From: Octopus vulgaris
Taxonomy: Eukaryota
Reading direction: 5' to 3'
Length of the DNA: 64,000 nucleotides
Assembly (NCBI GenBank): GCA_951406725.2
Contig: OX597814.1
Span: 174,654,001-174,718,000 of the forward strand
Of the stretch, positions 41,835 to 54,290 are shown piece after piece. Made by a program: the position numbers and the translations under genes. Every line of letters starts with the position of its first letter. Positions within the stretch are counted from its first letter, which is position 1. A model generated the notes under the pieces. It made no database searches. It saw nothing but the letters and a program-made list of their open reading frames with translations, and was not told where the DNA came from.

Positions 41835-43098
41835 CTTCCAACCAGATTTAGGAAATGTCCAGCATAGGGAATAAATTTTGCAAACTTATTCTTTTCCAGA
41901 ATTTTCTGTTGAACATCATTATACCTTCCAGCTGCATTGTCATATGATTGACCCCTGCAATTACTGAAAACAATTTCAAGTTCTTCAAAGAAGTTCAACA
42001 TCAATTCATCCATTCCTTCCCCTGTGTGATTCTTCTGTTCAATAAATGTCAAAAGTTGTTCAATTGGTATTTCATCAAAGGGAGAAACATATCTAACAAA
42101 TACAGTGAGTTGATCAACATTGAAAACATCGAGTGTTGAATCAACCAACACACTAAAATACCCTGCTTCTTTGATTTCTTTCACTATTTCTTCAAGAATT
42201 TTTTTAGCCACTAGCTGGATAACTTTATCATATATGATTTTGGATAGGTATGATGGATGGATGGCCAGTTCCTTTATTTCCATACTGATTTATGTGGATA
42301 CATAAAAAGAGATTAAATTTGACAATTAATTCCAACAAACTGAGAAAGTTTCCATTGTTTGGTTTCATCATGTCTTCTAAAAGCCAATTCACGTTCTGCC
42401 AACAGACAAATCACTGCCATCACCCACTGAAGTACATGCCTCCAATATTCCTGTCCTGCTTTGATTTGCTCATCAAGTTTTGTTGTAAGCATTTGACCAC
42501 ATTTTCTTGTTAAGTAGATCAACATAGAGTCCATATGACTTTTTGAATTTTCGTGGGTCTTAATAATTCCAGAATGAGACCAGTTATCAAATCCTGAAGA
42601 AGTTAGAGCTGTAGTTGAAGAAACATTCTCAGAGAATTTGGAGAAAAATTTGCACACAAAACGGTAGACTTTTCCTTTTGTTGGAGAATATACTAGCCAT
42701 TCTTGAGGCTAGGTTTCTCCATTTATTTTAGTGGAGAAGAATAAATTTCTTGAGCAAGAACAAGTTTGGTTTTTGTAGATTCACTTCAAAGTTGTGAAAG
42801 GTCCGTCCCAGTGTTGACATTCCAAAGGGCCTTTCTTAATCCAGTATGAAATGTCTTCATTGCTTAATGTGGTCCATAAACCTGTCAATGAAATCAGTTC
42901 TTGGAGTTGCTGATAAATATTCTTCAGTGCCACTGATAGTTCTGATGAAGGTTCTTGAGTGTCACAGGTAGTTGGAGTTACTGAAAAATATTCCTGGGTA
43001 TCACTGGTACTAAGTGTTACTGATAAATGTTCCTGGGTGTCAAGTAATGCATCTGAATCTTCTGCATCTGCTGTTGAACTTGTTTATTCTGGGTAGGC

Positions 43099-43381
43099 TG
43101 TGGTGTATGCTGGAGATTTGAAATAAGGACACCTACCTTCTCTTCGTTGATGGAGACCTCTCCAATGGTAATGCACCCTTCCACGTGGTCCAACCTGAAC
43201 ACTAGAAATAGCAGCTGCTTTTCCCCTACCTTAACAACGAGCTCACATGTCCAACTCGCTCGGCTACCTCGATCGAAAAGGCTCAATGCTGCCCTGCCTG
43301 CATGCACGTCACTCCTGCCCCTTCCTCTTCCGGTCATCCCCAAGTTCCGGTCAGCTCCCCAGCTGCTGACGTCATCCCACA
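43099..43381. mobile_element. Solo LTR (283 bp) with 5-bp TSD TAGGC, same family as 41558-41834
   Basis: TGTGG...CCACA ends; TAGGC at 43094-43098 and 43382-43386. Confidence 0.88.
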
Positions 43382-43606
43382 TAGGCAAAGCCGAATGATC
43401 TGATTGACTTTAAGTGTTTGATTATATCTTTTTGTTCTTTTTGGTGTTTTCTTTTACTTGCACCTCTTTTATAACATCTGCCTCACTGTTACGATTAAAG
43501 AGCTGGAGCTGAATATCAGTTGATTGGATTTGATTCTAGAAACTTAATAATATACAAATTTAAAATCAATATATAATAAATTAACAAAAGAAATTAGCAA
43601 TATAAT

Positions 43607-43960
43607 GTAGGAGTGGCTGTGTGGTAAGTAGCTTGCTTACCAACCACATGGTTCCAGGTTCAGTCCCATTGCGTGACACCTTGGGCAAGTGTCTTCTACT
43701 ATAGCCTCGGGCCGAGCAAAGCCTTGGGAGTGGATTTGGTAGAAGGAAACTGAAAGAAGCTTGTCGTATATGTGTGTTTGTCCTCCCAATATCACTTAAC
43801 AACCGATGCTGGTGTGTTTACATCCCTGTAACTTAGCGGTTCGGCAAAAAAGACTGATAGAATAAGTACTAGGCTTACAAAGAATAAGTCCTGGGGTCGA
43901 TTTGCTCAACTAAAGGTGGTACTCCAGCATGGCCATAGTCACATGACTAAAACAAATAAA
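43607..43960 (+). mobile_element. Family A SINE nested in the hAT fossil
   Basis: GGAGTGGCTGTGTGGTAAG...ACCTTGGGCAAGTGTCTTC...CCAGCATGGCC. Confidence 0.85.
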
Positions 43961-45719
43961 AAAAGTAAAAACTATTAAAAAAATTAAAATAGAAAGTTCG
44001 ATAAAAATGTGCAACAAACTAGATCAAACTTACAAAAAATACTAAACATGAAACAATGACACACACAAACACAAACAATGACACACACAAACACAAATAC
44101 TTCATAGCAAAATGTCAACTTAGAGTACGATCTCATTACAGGATTTTTTTACATTGCAATTATTTATCAGTGTTATTTTATACCAATACTATGTATTCAA
44201 ATTATAACTTGTTTTATCTTACTTTCTTTTTTTTATATGTTTCAACCCCAAGACTGGCCATGCTGGGGCAATTTTTTTACACAGACCAGTGCATATTGCA
44301 TGTCTGTATATAAATTATTTAAGATGTATTTTTGTATGGATATACACAGTGAAAATATTTTATTATCATCATGTGAATTATTTTATTAAAATATTTTTTA
44401 TTGGATAATATAATGAGTGTGTTCGTATTGTGTTATATTACTGGTCAAAAGCAATTTTTGTATAGAGAATTGTTTATACTCAATGTTATGTTAAAAATCA
44501 CATGTAAAAGCATTCACATAATTAATTTCACTTTTATGCCTTTTAGGAAAAAAAATTTGAACATTTGACATTTGAAAAATTCATTGTAAAAAATCTGGTG
44601 GGCAGGAAGGTGGGCCCCACTGGTCAACAGGGCCCTGTACTTAAAAGCACCTAAGCACAATGGTATATCCATCACTGGGTAGGGTAGTCTCACCAGATCC
44701 AATGAGCCAGAGAACTGTGTCGAACTTCAACGTCTGCTTTGGTATGGTTTCTAGGAAGGGCTAGGTGCCCTTCCTAATATCAACCATTTACAGAGTATAG
44801 TAAATAGAGGTGCTTTTCTCATGCCAGTGACAAGTAAAGTTTACCAAATAACTAACAAAACAAAGAAGCCCCCTGGAAGGTGGTGGCTTTATGTCATGTG
44901 TTGAGAGGCTAAAGTATGATAGTGGGACAGGCACAGGTATCTTGCTGTAGAAGAGATATATATCTACTTTGCATTATATAAGAATGGGTGGAAGCAGCTG
45001 GAAAGGAGACAGAGATGTTGGTGATGAGATGTTGGAACGTACAGTCAAGGTACAAGAAGATGAGTATAAGAAAAAATATGAACCAAAGAAAGAGAGGTGT
45101 GAGTGGATAAGTTCATAGATGTGTGAGAGGAGAGGAATAGGTGGGTATGGAAGGAGATAGAGGTTAATATGGTACAATGATGGAGGTGTGGTTGATGGTA
45201 AATATCATAAAGGGGTAGAATGTAAAAGAAATAGCTTGGGAAAGAGGAAGTAATAAGTGATAATACAGGAAGTGGGGAAGCAACAGCAGTATAATAAACC
45301 CATAGATCAGAAAATAAGGAAAACTTGTAAAGGGCATCAGAGACGAGGTATGGTGGCTCCTAGATGTAGCTCAGAGGAGAGGGAGAACTACCTGGAGACA
45401 AAGAAAGTGGTGTACAGCAAAGAATAAAGACAGCAGGGATGAAAATGGGAGTGAAGAATGGATGTTAAAGGAAGTGCTTCCAGGGAGAGGGGAAGATAAC
45501 TAGTAGCACAAAGAGGAAGAAATATGTGCAGGTTCTGCTGTTACGTGATTACAGCATCTGAATATTGTCATTGTTATGAGGACAGAAGGAGGGTGTTATA
45601 AAGGTAAGAGGTAAATAAAGCTTGATGCATATAGGTTGAGTGCAGAGACAGTCCAGTGAGTGCATAAACGTAATGCTTTTATGACCTCACTTTTTCTGTG
45701 AGGGTCAGGTGTTATCAAG

Positions 45720-46170
45720 CACAGTGAAAAGCCAATTACCTCATTAGGCTCATTGCTGTTCATACATAAGCATTGTACAATCTGCTTTTCACAATGATAG
45801 AGAGACTTTTGTCACCAACAGAATAGCATCTTGAATTCTTTCCATTCTATTCTTATTCTAACAACTTCACTTTCAGAACATCCTCCTCCACTGCTAATTA
45901 GGTCTTCTACATTACAGAAACGACCTACTTCTTGGGAACCACCTGGGTGTTTGAGAGTCTATTTCATGCACTTGGTGTTGATTGATCTGGTAAAACTTCC
46001 ACCAACAAAGTCTGCCATCTCTGTTAACCTTCTGGTGATTTCACTACTCCTTGTGTGTAATCGCAGCTTATCCTGGGCATACCGTATGGAATTTCTACCC
46101 AAGCTTTTCCTACATATTGAGCAAGATCATTTTCCTGAAGGGATGAAAGTCCTGTCTGTTTCCCTTTTTT
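45720..46170 (-). mobile_element. Degenerate RTE-clade LINE fragment
   Basis: Minus-strand remnants PSGK..CSICRK...RNSI, DLISSGGGCSESEVVRIRIEWKEF, K.RLYNAYV. Confidence 0.65.
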
Positions 46171-46642
46171 ACTTCAGTAAACTCCTGAGCCATATGTTAC
46201 ATTATAGCCACAGTAATACCAATCAGTGGATGACAAGAGTTGCCTCAAAGCAACAGTTGCTTCAGACCTTCAAACATATTATACCTGATCCTTTGGGGAA
46301 ATTATTCTGACATTTCTCATTAATGGCATTTGGTAAACTAGGTATTTATTTTTAAATGGTTAAAATACATAATTATGATCCTTTTCTCTAGTATAATTAC
46401 TGAGTGCAAGTTGTAAGTCAAACTGTTAAATAAAGTCTTTTGTTTTAGTGTACCACATAAACACTGAAATGTAGTAATTGGTTGTATTAATGTATTCATG
46501 ATAGCCGGCTGTGACATATTTCAAAGATAGGAAATATATGAAACAGCAAACATTTTGCTAGATCTGTTACGTAAAAAAGAAAGCACTGTGTTCCAATTTC
46601 TGGTGTAATTGTAATCTATCTGGGCTAGTAAATCTTACATGG

Positions 46643-47142
46643 CATCATCATCATCATCGTTTAACATCTGCTTTCCATGCTAGATTGGGTTGGACGGTTT
46701 TGACTGAGGGCTCGCAAACCACATGGCTGCACCAGGCTCCAGTCTTGATCTGGCAGAGTTTCTACCTATTTCTTTACTGCCCACAAGGGGCTAAACACAG
46801 AGAGGACAAACAAGGACAGACAAATGGATTAAGTCGATTACATTGACCCCAGTGCGTAACTGGTACTTATTTTATCGACCCCAGAAGGATGAAGGGCAAA
46901 GTCGGAATTTGAACTCAGAACGTAATGGCAGACGAAATACCGCTAAGCATTTCGCCTGGCGTGCTAACGATTCTGCCAGCTCACCGCAGAGTTTCTACCG
47001 CTGGATGCCCTTTCCTAACGCCAACCACTCCGCGAGTGTAGTGGATGCTTTTTACTGCCACCAGCACAGGGGCCAGTCAGGCGGTACTGGCAATGACCTC
47101 TCCCAAATCTTTTTACACATGCCACCCGCACAGGTGCCAGTA
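46643..47142 (-). mobile_element. Family C element with a nested family B SINE (46767-46987)
   Basis: The SINE is flanked by a GCAGAGTTTCTACC duplication. Confidence 0.82.
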
Positions 47143-47544
47143 AAATACTTAAGAAATTAACTCTCAACATGGTGGTGACAAAAACATGAAAACACTTTTC
47201 CTGTGCAAAGAGCACAGCTACCAAGTGGATTCATGCAATTGAACAGGTATTTTTAAAACCAGGAAAAATAAGGATTGCCGTAAAGAAATTGTATTCAATA
47301 ATACATTGACAGGAGAGAAGCATCAATGTTGGATGCTCTCTACAGGAAGAAATCATTCAGAAACAATGTTTGAGTGCATTGATCATTTTCATCATATACT
47401 TCACATCAGATCAAGAGTTTTAAAGAAGTAGTTGTCATGTTTAACTTTTTTGTTACCTTATTTTTATTGAAATACACAGTCTTTGTCTCAGATAGTTTTG
47501 AAAATAATGAATGTATTAAAATAACTTTGTCATTGTTGCTAGTG

Positions 47545-47972
47545 AAGCACTATGAGTACCATATGAGTGATATCGTTGCCAGAGCAACAAGCTGGCCTTC
47601 AGGCCGATGGCACGTTAAAAACACCATTTGAGCGTGATCATTACCTGCGCCACCTTACTAGCACTTGTGCTGGTGGCATGTGAAATATTCAAACGAGGTC
47701 GTCGCCAGTGCCGCTGGACTGGCTCCTGTGCAGGTGGCACGTAAAAAGCACCTTTTGAGCATGGCCGTTGCCAGTACCACTAAACTGGGCCTCCTGCCGG
47801 TGGCACATAAAAGCACCCACTACACTCTCAGAGTGGTTGGCGTTGGGAAGGGCATCCAGCTGTAGAAACTCTGCCACATCAGATTGGAGCCTGGCGCAGC
47901 CATCTGGTTCACCAGACCTCAGTCAAATCGTCCAACCCATGGAAAGTGGACGTTAAATGAGGATGATGATGA
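47545..47972 (+). mobile_element. Family C retroelement
   Basis: Same motifs as 19570-20097; (GAT)n tail. Confidence 0.8.
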
Positions 47973-48104
47973 TTGTTAAGCTGGTGTTTAGGACATAAAT
48001 TAGCATGAAATTCTAATGGGAGATTTGAATTAAGATTAGTTTAAAACAGGGAGCTTGTAACCTCAAATTAGGGCCAGTTTCAAGTAGATTGGTATCAAAA
48101 TGGT

Positions 48105-48480
48105 TAATGCTATTCAAATAAAGAGTTGCAGATTTGTCATTGAAGAAGAGTTAAAGTTATCTATTCCAAAAATGACTACTTTTTATGATGAGCTATATAA
48201 CAGTGATCTTTTCATCGAAATACCAATGCTAGGAAGGTTGCTAAAAGCAGCAGTTATTGATCTGGAAGAAACCAAATAATGGGTAACATTAAATGCTTTG
48301 TCATTTGTAGTTGAATGGGCTTTGTAGAATGTCTCTCAGTCATTTCTCTAAGCTTACAATTATTTTTGGCCATCTCTGCATCTGCAGATTTATGTGAGAG
48401 AAGCTTTACAAAACTGAGACTTATAAAGAGATGTTTGCAATCTTCCCAATCTTTTGATACGATCAATTGAAAGTGAGTTG
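48105..48480 (+). mobile_element. Second hAT transposase remnant (C-terminal dimerisation domain)
   Basis: LQLFLAISASADLCERSFTKLRLIKRCLQS; further remnants probably at 47150-47420. Confidence 0.65.
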
Positions 48481-48487
48481 GTTGTTG

Positions 48488-49549
48488 GTATTGATGTCTT
48501 TGAAGGCAGCGAGCTGGCTGAATCATTAGCATGCCAGGTGAAATGCTCAGCGGTATTTCACCTGTCTGTACATTCTAAATTCAAATTCCGCCGAGGTTGA
48601 CTTTGCCTTTCATCCTTTTGGGGTCGATTAAATAAGTACCAGTTACACACTGGGGTCGATGTAAACAACTTAATCCGTTTGTCTGTCCTTGTTTGTCCTT
48701 TCTGTGTTTAGCCCCTTGTGGGTAGTAAAGAAATATGTATTTCGTCTGCCGCTACGTTCTGAGTTCAAATTCCACCGAGGTTGACTTTGCCTTTCATCCT
48801 TTCGGGGTCAATTAAATAAGTACCAGTTACGCACTGTGGTCGATATAATCAACTTAATCCGTTTGTCTGTCCTTGTTTGTCCTCTCTGTGTTTAGCCCTT
48901 TGTGGGTAGTAAAGAAATAGGTATTTCGTCTGCCGTTATGTTGTGAGTTCAAATTCCGCTGAGGTCGACTTTGCCTTTCATCCTTTCGGGGTCAATTAAA
49001 TAAGTACGCACTGGGGTCAGTATAATCAACTTAATCCGTGTATCTGTCCTTGTTTGTCCTCTGTGTTTAGCCCCTTGTGGGTAGTAAAGAAATAGGTATT
49101 GATGTCTTTGAAGGCGGTGAGCTGGCAGAATCGTTAGCACACCAGGCGAAATGCTCAGTGGTATTCCGCCTGTCTTTACATTCTGAGTTCAAATTCCGCC
49201 AAGGTCGACTTTGCCTTTCATCCTTTCGGGGTCAATTAAATAAGTACCAGTTACGCACTGCGATTGATATAATCAACATAATCTGTTTGTCTGTGCTTGT
49301 TTTGTCCTCTCTGTGTTTAGCCCCTTGTGGATAGTAAAGAAATAGGTATTTCGTCTGCCGTTACATTGTGAGTTCAAATTCCACCGAGGTCAACTTTGCC
49401 TTTCATCCTCTTGGAGTCGATTAAATAAGTACCAGTTACGCACTGGGGTTGATATAATCGACTTAATCCATTTGTCTGTCCTTGTTTGTCCTCTCTGTTT
49501 TTAGCCCCTTGTGGGTAGTAAAGAAATAGGTATTGATGTCTTTAAAGTG
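48488..49549 (+). repeat. Head-to-tail tandem array of five family B SINE units
   Basis: ~185-bp units ending GGGTAGTAAAGAAATA. GGTATTGATGTCTTTRAAG occurs at the start, in the middle and at the end. Confidence 0.9.
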
Positions 49550-50155
49550 ATTAACAAGAATGCAACTATGAAGGCTTGGAAAGGCAAGTTCTGAATAAGT
49601 TGAGATGTTCTCAGTTCTGAACCACGCGTATATCTGCTCCTGATTATTTTTATGAATATATTTCCATATGCATTTGTCTACAAGTCCCGCATGGCTTGGG
49701 CTGTTATTGATTATGCAGACCTAATCCATTAATGCATATCGTTTATCAATAAACTTTAATGCTAAAACTATATCCATTCAGTTGGGATATCTTCACATTT
49801 ATCAAACAGGGGGTATTGCAAAACATGCTTTTGTTTTGTTGATTTATGTATCAATAAATATGCAAACATAAAACCAAAAAGGCCTAGGTGTGGCTTCTGA
49901 ACCATATGGTTTTGGGTTCAATCCCACTGCATGGTACCTTCAGCAAGTATCTTCTACAGTATACTCCATAAGTGTCTTCCACTTGTGAATGGATTTAATT
50001 AGTTGTTCATAAGTCAAAAAAAAGCGCACTCTAAAAAGTATTTTTGAACAGAGCAGAGATGGTGTCTGCCAGTAACAGCAGTGATTGCAATAGCAACAAC
50101 AACAGCAGCACTGACATTGAGTCCAGTATCAACAGCAGTGATAGCAGCAGCAACA

Positions 50156-50528
50156 GGAGGCACAATGGCCCAGTGGTTAGGGCAGCGGACTCGCAGTCGG
50201 AAGATTGCGGTTTCGATTCCCAGACTGGGCATTGTGTGTGTTTATTGAATGAAAACACCTAAAGCTCCAGGAGGCTTCGGCAGGGGCGGGGCGACCCCTG
50301 TTGTACTCTTTCGCTCCAACTTTCTCTCACTCTTTCTTCCTGTTTCTTGTTCCCAACTTCCTGCGCAACCGCTGAGCCTGGATGCGTATTCATCCATCCG
50401 TCGATGCTCTCGGTGTCGGGGATTGACCTGCTTTCTCTTCTGCAGGTCTTACGAATAGCAAAGGACCACGTTTCGGACTTCTCCCACCTTGCGAGCTCTG
50501 GGACGAAGACTGCTTTGCTCAACAAACA
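50156..50528 (+). mobile_element. Intact tRNA-derived SINE (fourth family) with 13-bp TSD
   Basis: A-box TGGCCCAGTGG, B-box GTTTCGATTCC, TCG (Arg-like) loop, (AAAC) tail. AGCAGCAGCAACA at 50143-50155 and 50529-50541. Confidence 0.85.
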
Positions 50529-51296
50529 AGCAGCAGCAACAACACCAATAACATAAGAACATGTACACGGAAATGTGTTGGAGCAATGGACTTTACACTG
50601 CGACTAAATAACCACAAGTCCACTTTTAGAATCCCAGAAAGGTGCAACGTTACATCTTTGGCCAGCTACATGTGATGTTTAAAAGAAAAGGGGACATCAC
50701 ATTGGATTAAATGGTCGCTCCTAGAACAGCCTAAACCAAACCTCAGTAGGGGCAGATGATGCCAATTTTGCTTGGCTAAGAGAGAGCAAGGATCCTAATA
50801 AATTTGCTGGACCCAGGGGCCTTCTTAAATTCTAAAAGCAAAATGTTTAGTCAGTGCCCTCATGAGAGAAAATTCATGTTAACTTGAAATTCCCTGCTTA
50901 CTGACAAGTGAACAAATATTGTACATAAACTGACACTTTTTGGGCACAACTAGAACCAGGCAAAGAGAGATAACTATCTCATCTGGAAGAGGTTTTTTGT
51001 TGGAAGAATTTCATTTTAGAGGGTTTTTTTCACAATCTTGCTGACCAAGATTGTATTCTTATTTCCATAAGTAGAGAGGTTATGTGCCTTTGGCCAACAG
51101 GTCTAATGAGTTGCCTATATTGCTAAGAGCAATAATAGTTATGAAACCAATGGTAACTTTGTGACTGGCCATAACCAACAACTTCTTTAAATATATATAT
51201 AAAATTAAAATTAAAATGAGGGTGAAAAAATTGGATATTAATTTGATAACATCAATGGTCTAGCATATAAAAATAACTGAGGTTCAGTAAATAGTG

Positions 51297-51551
51297 TTAC
51301 ATACATATAAGAGGGAATTTTACCACTATGTGGAAACCCTTATGCTAGAAGGAGATCCGCTATGGTCTTAACCACTAAGAATTGTTGCTCGCTTATATTT
51401 TTGTTACTTTTCATTTGTCTTGCTCGCTTACGTTTCTGGTGTTTTCTAAATGTTCTAGAGAACAATTCTTAGTGGTTAAGACCATAGCGGATCTTCTTCT
51501 AGCATAAGGGTTTCCACATAGTGGTAAAATTCCCTCTAATATTGTATGTAA
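51297..51551. repeat. Near-perfect inverted repeat (~85-bp arms, ~85-bp spacer)
   Basis: AGAGGGAATTTTACCACTATGTGGAAACCCTTATGCTAGAAGGAGATCCGCTATGGTCTTAACCACTAAGAATTGTT and its reverse complement, with one mismatch in the core. Confidence 0.92.
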
Positions 51552-52319
51552 TACATATATATATATAGATAGATAGATAGATGTGTGTGTGTGTACGTGC
51601 GTGTGTGTGTGTGTTTGCCCTTTCTAATACCAACCACTTTATAGAGTGGATTGAGTTCTTTTTATGTGGCATCAGCAACAGCAAGGTCTGTTTTGATATG
51701 GTTTTTATGGTTGGATGCACAGTTTTTACAGCTGGATGCCCTTCTAAATGTCAACTACTTTACAGTGTAGACTGGATGTTTTTTTATGTGAGTAGAGTTA
51801 ATGATTAATTAATTGATTTGATCTCCAGATGCACATTCTTTAGAATGTGAAAAAATAGTAATTTCAATTGTATTTATTTACAAAGGGATATAAAATGCAA
51901 ACCTATTCTATTAATATAGCTCACCACCCAACCCATGCAAGCATGAAACACAGATATTTAATGGTTTAAATCAACATAATATTGATGCAGCTCCAAAATG
52001 ATTTTACTTGGAAATCATTTTTGTTTTCATTTTTTTTTAACTGAATTTTTACTTTACACCTGTGAAGAGACTATATAACAGAAATTTCATTGTAATTTTC
52101 CCTTAACTGGTTGCTTATATCATGGTATTCAGTGATATCTGACTGGGAATTACATAAATGAAGGATTAACTAAAACAATGAGTTTTTACACTGGGTAACA
52201 CCAACCTTTGAAATGCCACAATGAAGGGAAATGAAGTCAAAGAAAATGTAACAATTCTGGTTAGAAACTACAGGAAAAACGTCACATTCTATTTATATAT
52301 CACAAATAAAGATTAGAAT

Positions 52320-52765
52320 AATTAAACAATTGTTATTTATCAACTGATAACATCGACCACAACTGCTTAACCTCCCAAGCTAACCTGTTATATCTATTGA
52401 CTTTTCTTTCTTCCTTATTGCATACTTTGTTGTCAGCTGGGCATGTTATATCTATGATCCAGCATCATTTGCTTTCTTTCTCAATTAACACTATGTCTGG
52501 TTTCCTATTCTCTATCTCATGGTCACACTGAATCATAAAATCCTATAGGATTTTTGCATTATCATTTTCGATGATGCCTTTGGGTTTATATTCATACCAC
52601 TTTTTTGCTCTGTCAAGTCCATACTTGTTGCAAAGTGTCCAATGGACAATCCTTGCTATATTGTCATGACATCTCTTATATTCTTTCTGGGCTAGTGGCA
52701 TACATTGACTGGTAATATGCTATACAGTTTCACCATTTTGATCGCAAATTCTGCACTTATCACTT
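52320..52765 (-). mobile_element. R4/Dong-type non-LTR retrotransposon fragment (CCHC plus restriction-like endonuclease)
   Basis: DKCRICDQNGETV.HITSQC...HDNIARIVHW...DFMIQCDHEIENRKPDIVLI...IIDITCPAD. Confidence 0.85.
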
Positions 52766-52804
52766 TCTGATGTGTTGTTTATTTTGTATTTGATGTATTT
52801 GGAT

Positions 52805-53062
52805 CGTCATCATTGTTGTTGTCATCTTTGTTGTTGTCGTCTTCATCGTCATCGTCTTCGTTGTCTTCATCATTGTCATCTTCATTGTCATCGTCGTTTT
52901 CGTCATCATTGGTGTCTTTGTTGTCGTCGTCTCTGTCACCGTCATCTTCATCGGCGGCGTCTTCGTCATTGTCATCTTCATTGTCGTCGTCTTCATCATC
53001 ATCATCATCATCTTCATCGCCGTCATCTTCATTGTCAGCATCTTCGTCGTCGTCATCATCAT
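52805..53062. repeat. Degenerate (TCA/TCG/TTG)n trinucleotide tract
   Basis: Seen directly; produces the spurious poly-D, poly-S and poly-T ORFs. Confidence 0.9.
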
Positions 53063-53522
53063 TATAAAGGCAGCAAGCTGGCAGAATCATTAGCACACCA
53101 GGTGAAATGCTTAGCGTCATTTTGTCTGTTTTTGCATTCTGAGTTCAAATTCTGCCAAGACAACTTTACCTTTCGTTCTACCAGTTGCGTACTGGAGTCA
53201 ATATAATAGACTTATCCCCTCCTCAAAATTGCTGGCCTCATGCCAAAATTTGAAATTATTATTATTATAAAAGTGGTGAACTGGCAGAATTGTTAGCACA
53301 CCAGGCATTTCCTCCAGCTTTACATTATGAGTTCAAATTCCACTGGGGTCAACTTTGCCTTTCATCCTTTCAGGGTTGATAAATTAAGTACCAGTGAAAC
53401 ACTGGAGTTGATGTAATCAACTAGTCCCTTAGCTGCAAATTTCAGGCCTTGTGCCTTTAGTAGAAAGGATTATTATTATTACAGTGGTGAGCAGGCAGAA
53501 TCTTTAGCATACCAAAGCAGGA

Positions 53523-54290
53523 TGTGAACTCACATTGCCACATTACAGATTTCAAGCCACAACATATCAACAACTTGATCATGTGGACAGCTGAGTTATT
53601 GTCTAATCCGAAGCCAGATATCATGTGAAAGGTGATACTGGAAGGCCCTGGAACTTTTCTCTCCAACGGTTATAAATAGAGTTGATTTTAGGCACCAAGG
53701 GGCTGAATGTCATTGATGCCCGAGCAAAATGTTGTCTCCACACTCACTTTGTTTCAGTGTGCCCTTGGTTGCAGTACAAAATACACACTATTAGTCATTC
53801 TAATGACCACATACTTAACTGATATGTGACTGTAGTAGAAGACAATGAAGCAGCACATATATTTGTAGTGGATCTTGCATGCATGAAGTAGATTCGATCC
53901 ACCACAGCCAAATTTAAATTAACACTGCAACAGAACTTTTCCCAAGGTGAAACAATGGTTTTTCTCTGACAGCAGTTTTACATTTTCCGGATGCCTTTAG
54001 CTAGGCCAAAATAATGTCTTCACCACTTAATCCTTTCTAACCGCTTCTACTTCACCAAAAGCTAGAATAGAGATAACAAGACCAACTAAATCTATTGTTC
54101 TCAATGATATGTCTATTCTTTTGGATAGCTATAAAAGCATGCACACCCCAAGCAAAAATCAGTTAGTCACAGTCGGTGACGACTCAACTAAGTAGTCACT
54201 TTGGTGACAACAAAGTCTGGCTGACTTCGACATCATCATAATATTGTGTACACTAATCAATCTTACCTGTTACAATTGGTGACCCTTGAC
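53523..54290 (+). mobile_element. Probable LTR followed by a tRNA-Trp-type PBS (5' boundary uncertain)
   Basis: ...TGTTACA (54274), AT, then TGGTGACCCTTGAC (54277-54290); TATAAATA at about 53671. Confidence 0.45.

Larger units (their letters stand above)
40480..44677 (-). mobile_element. Fossil hAT DNA transposon (ZMYM1-like/DUF4371 transposase)
   Basis: WLVYSPTKGKVYRFVCKFF (TTF-type Zn finger), LAERELAFR, YFSVLVDSTLDV..DQL, CRGQSYDNA, H.LNLVG, FFSAST.RW, NCSGEGSFSRLKWIKSDLRSTVSQE (dimerisation domain). Frameshifted. Candidate end CAGTGATGGATATACC at 44677. Confidence 0.9.

Noticed and set aside
41558-43381. Two same-orientation LTRs read as one complete LTR retrotransposon that captured a hAT fragment
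   Set aside because: Each LTR has its own distinct TSD, and the hAT transposase continues colinearly across both.
48488-49549. CRISPR-like repeat-spacer array
   Set aside because: Eukaryotic context; the units are whole SINE bodies without unique spacers.
50159-50235. Functional tRNA gene
   Set aside because: Stems are imperfect, and it is the head of a TSD-flanked SINE.
52760-53206. Poly-D, poly-S, poly-T and His/Arg-rich ORFs (also 20085-20366)
   Set aside because: Degenerate trinucleotide repeats that are open in several frames, with no splice or domain support.
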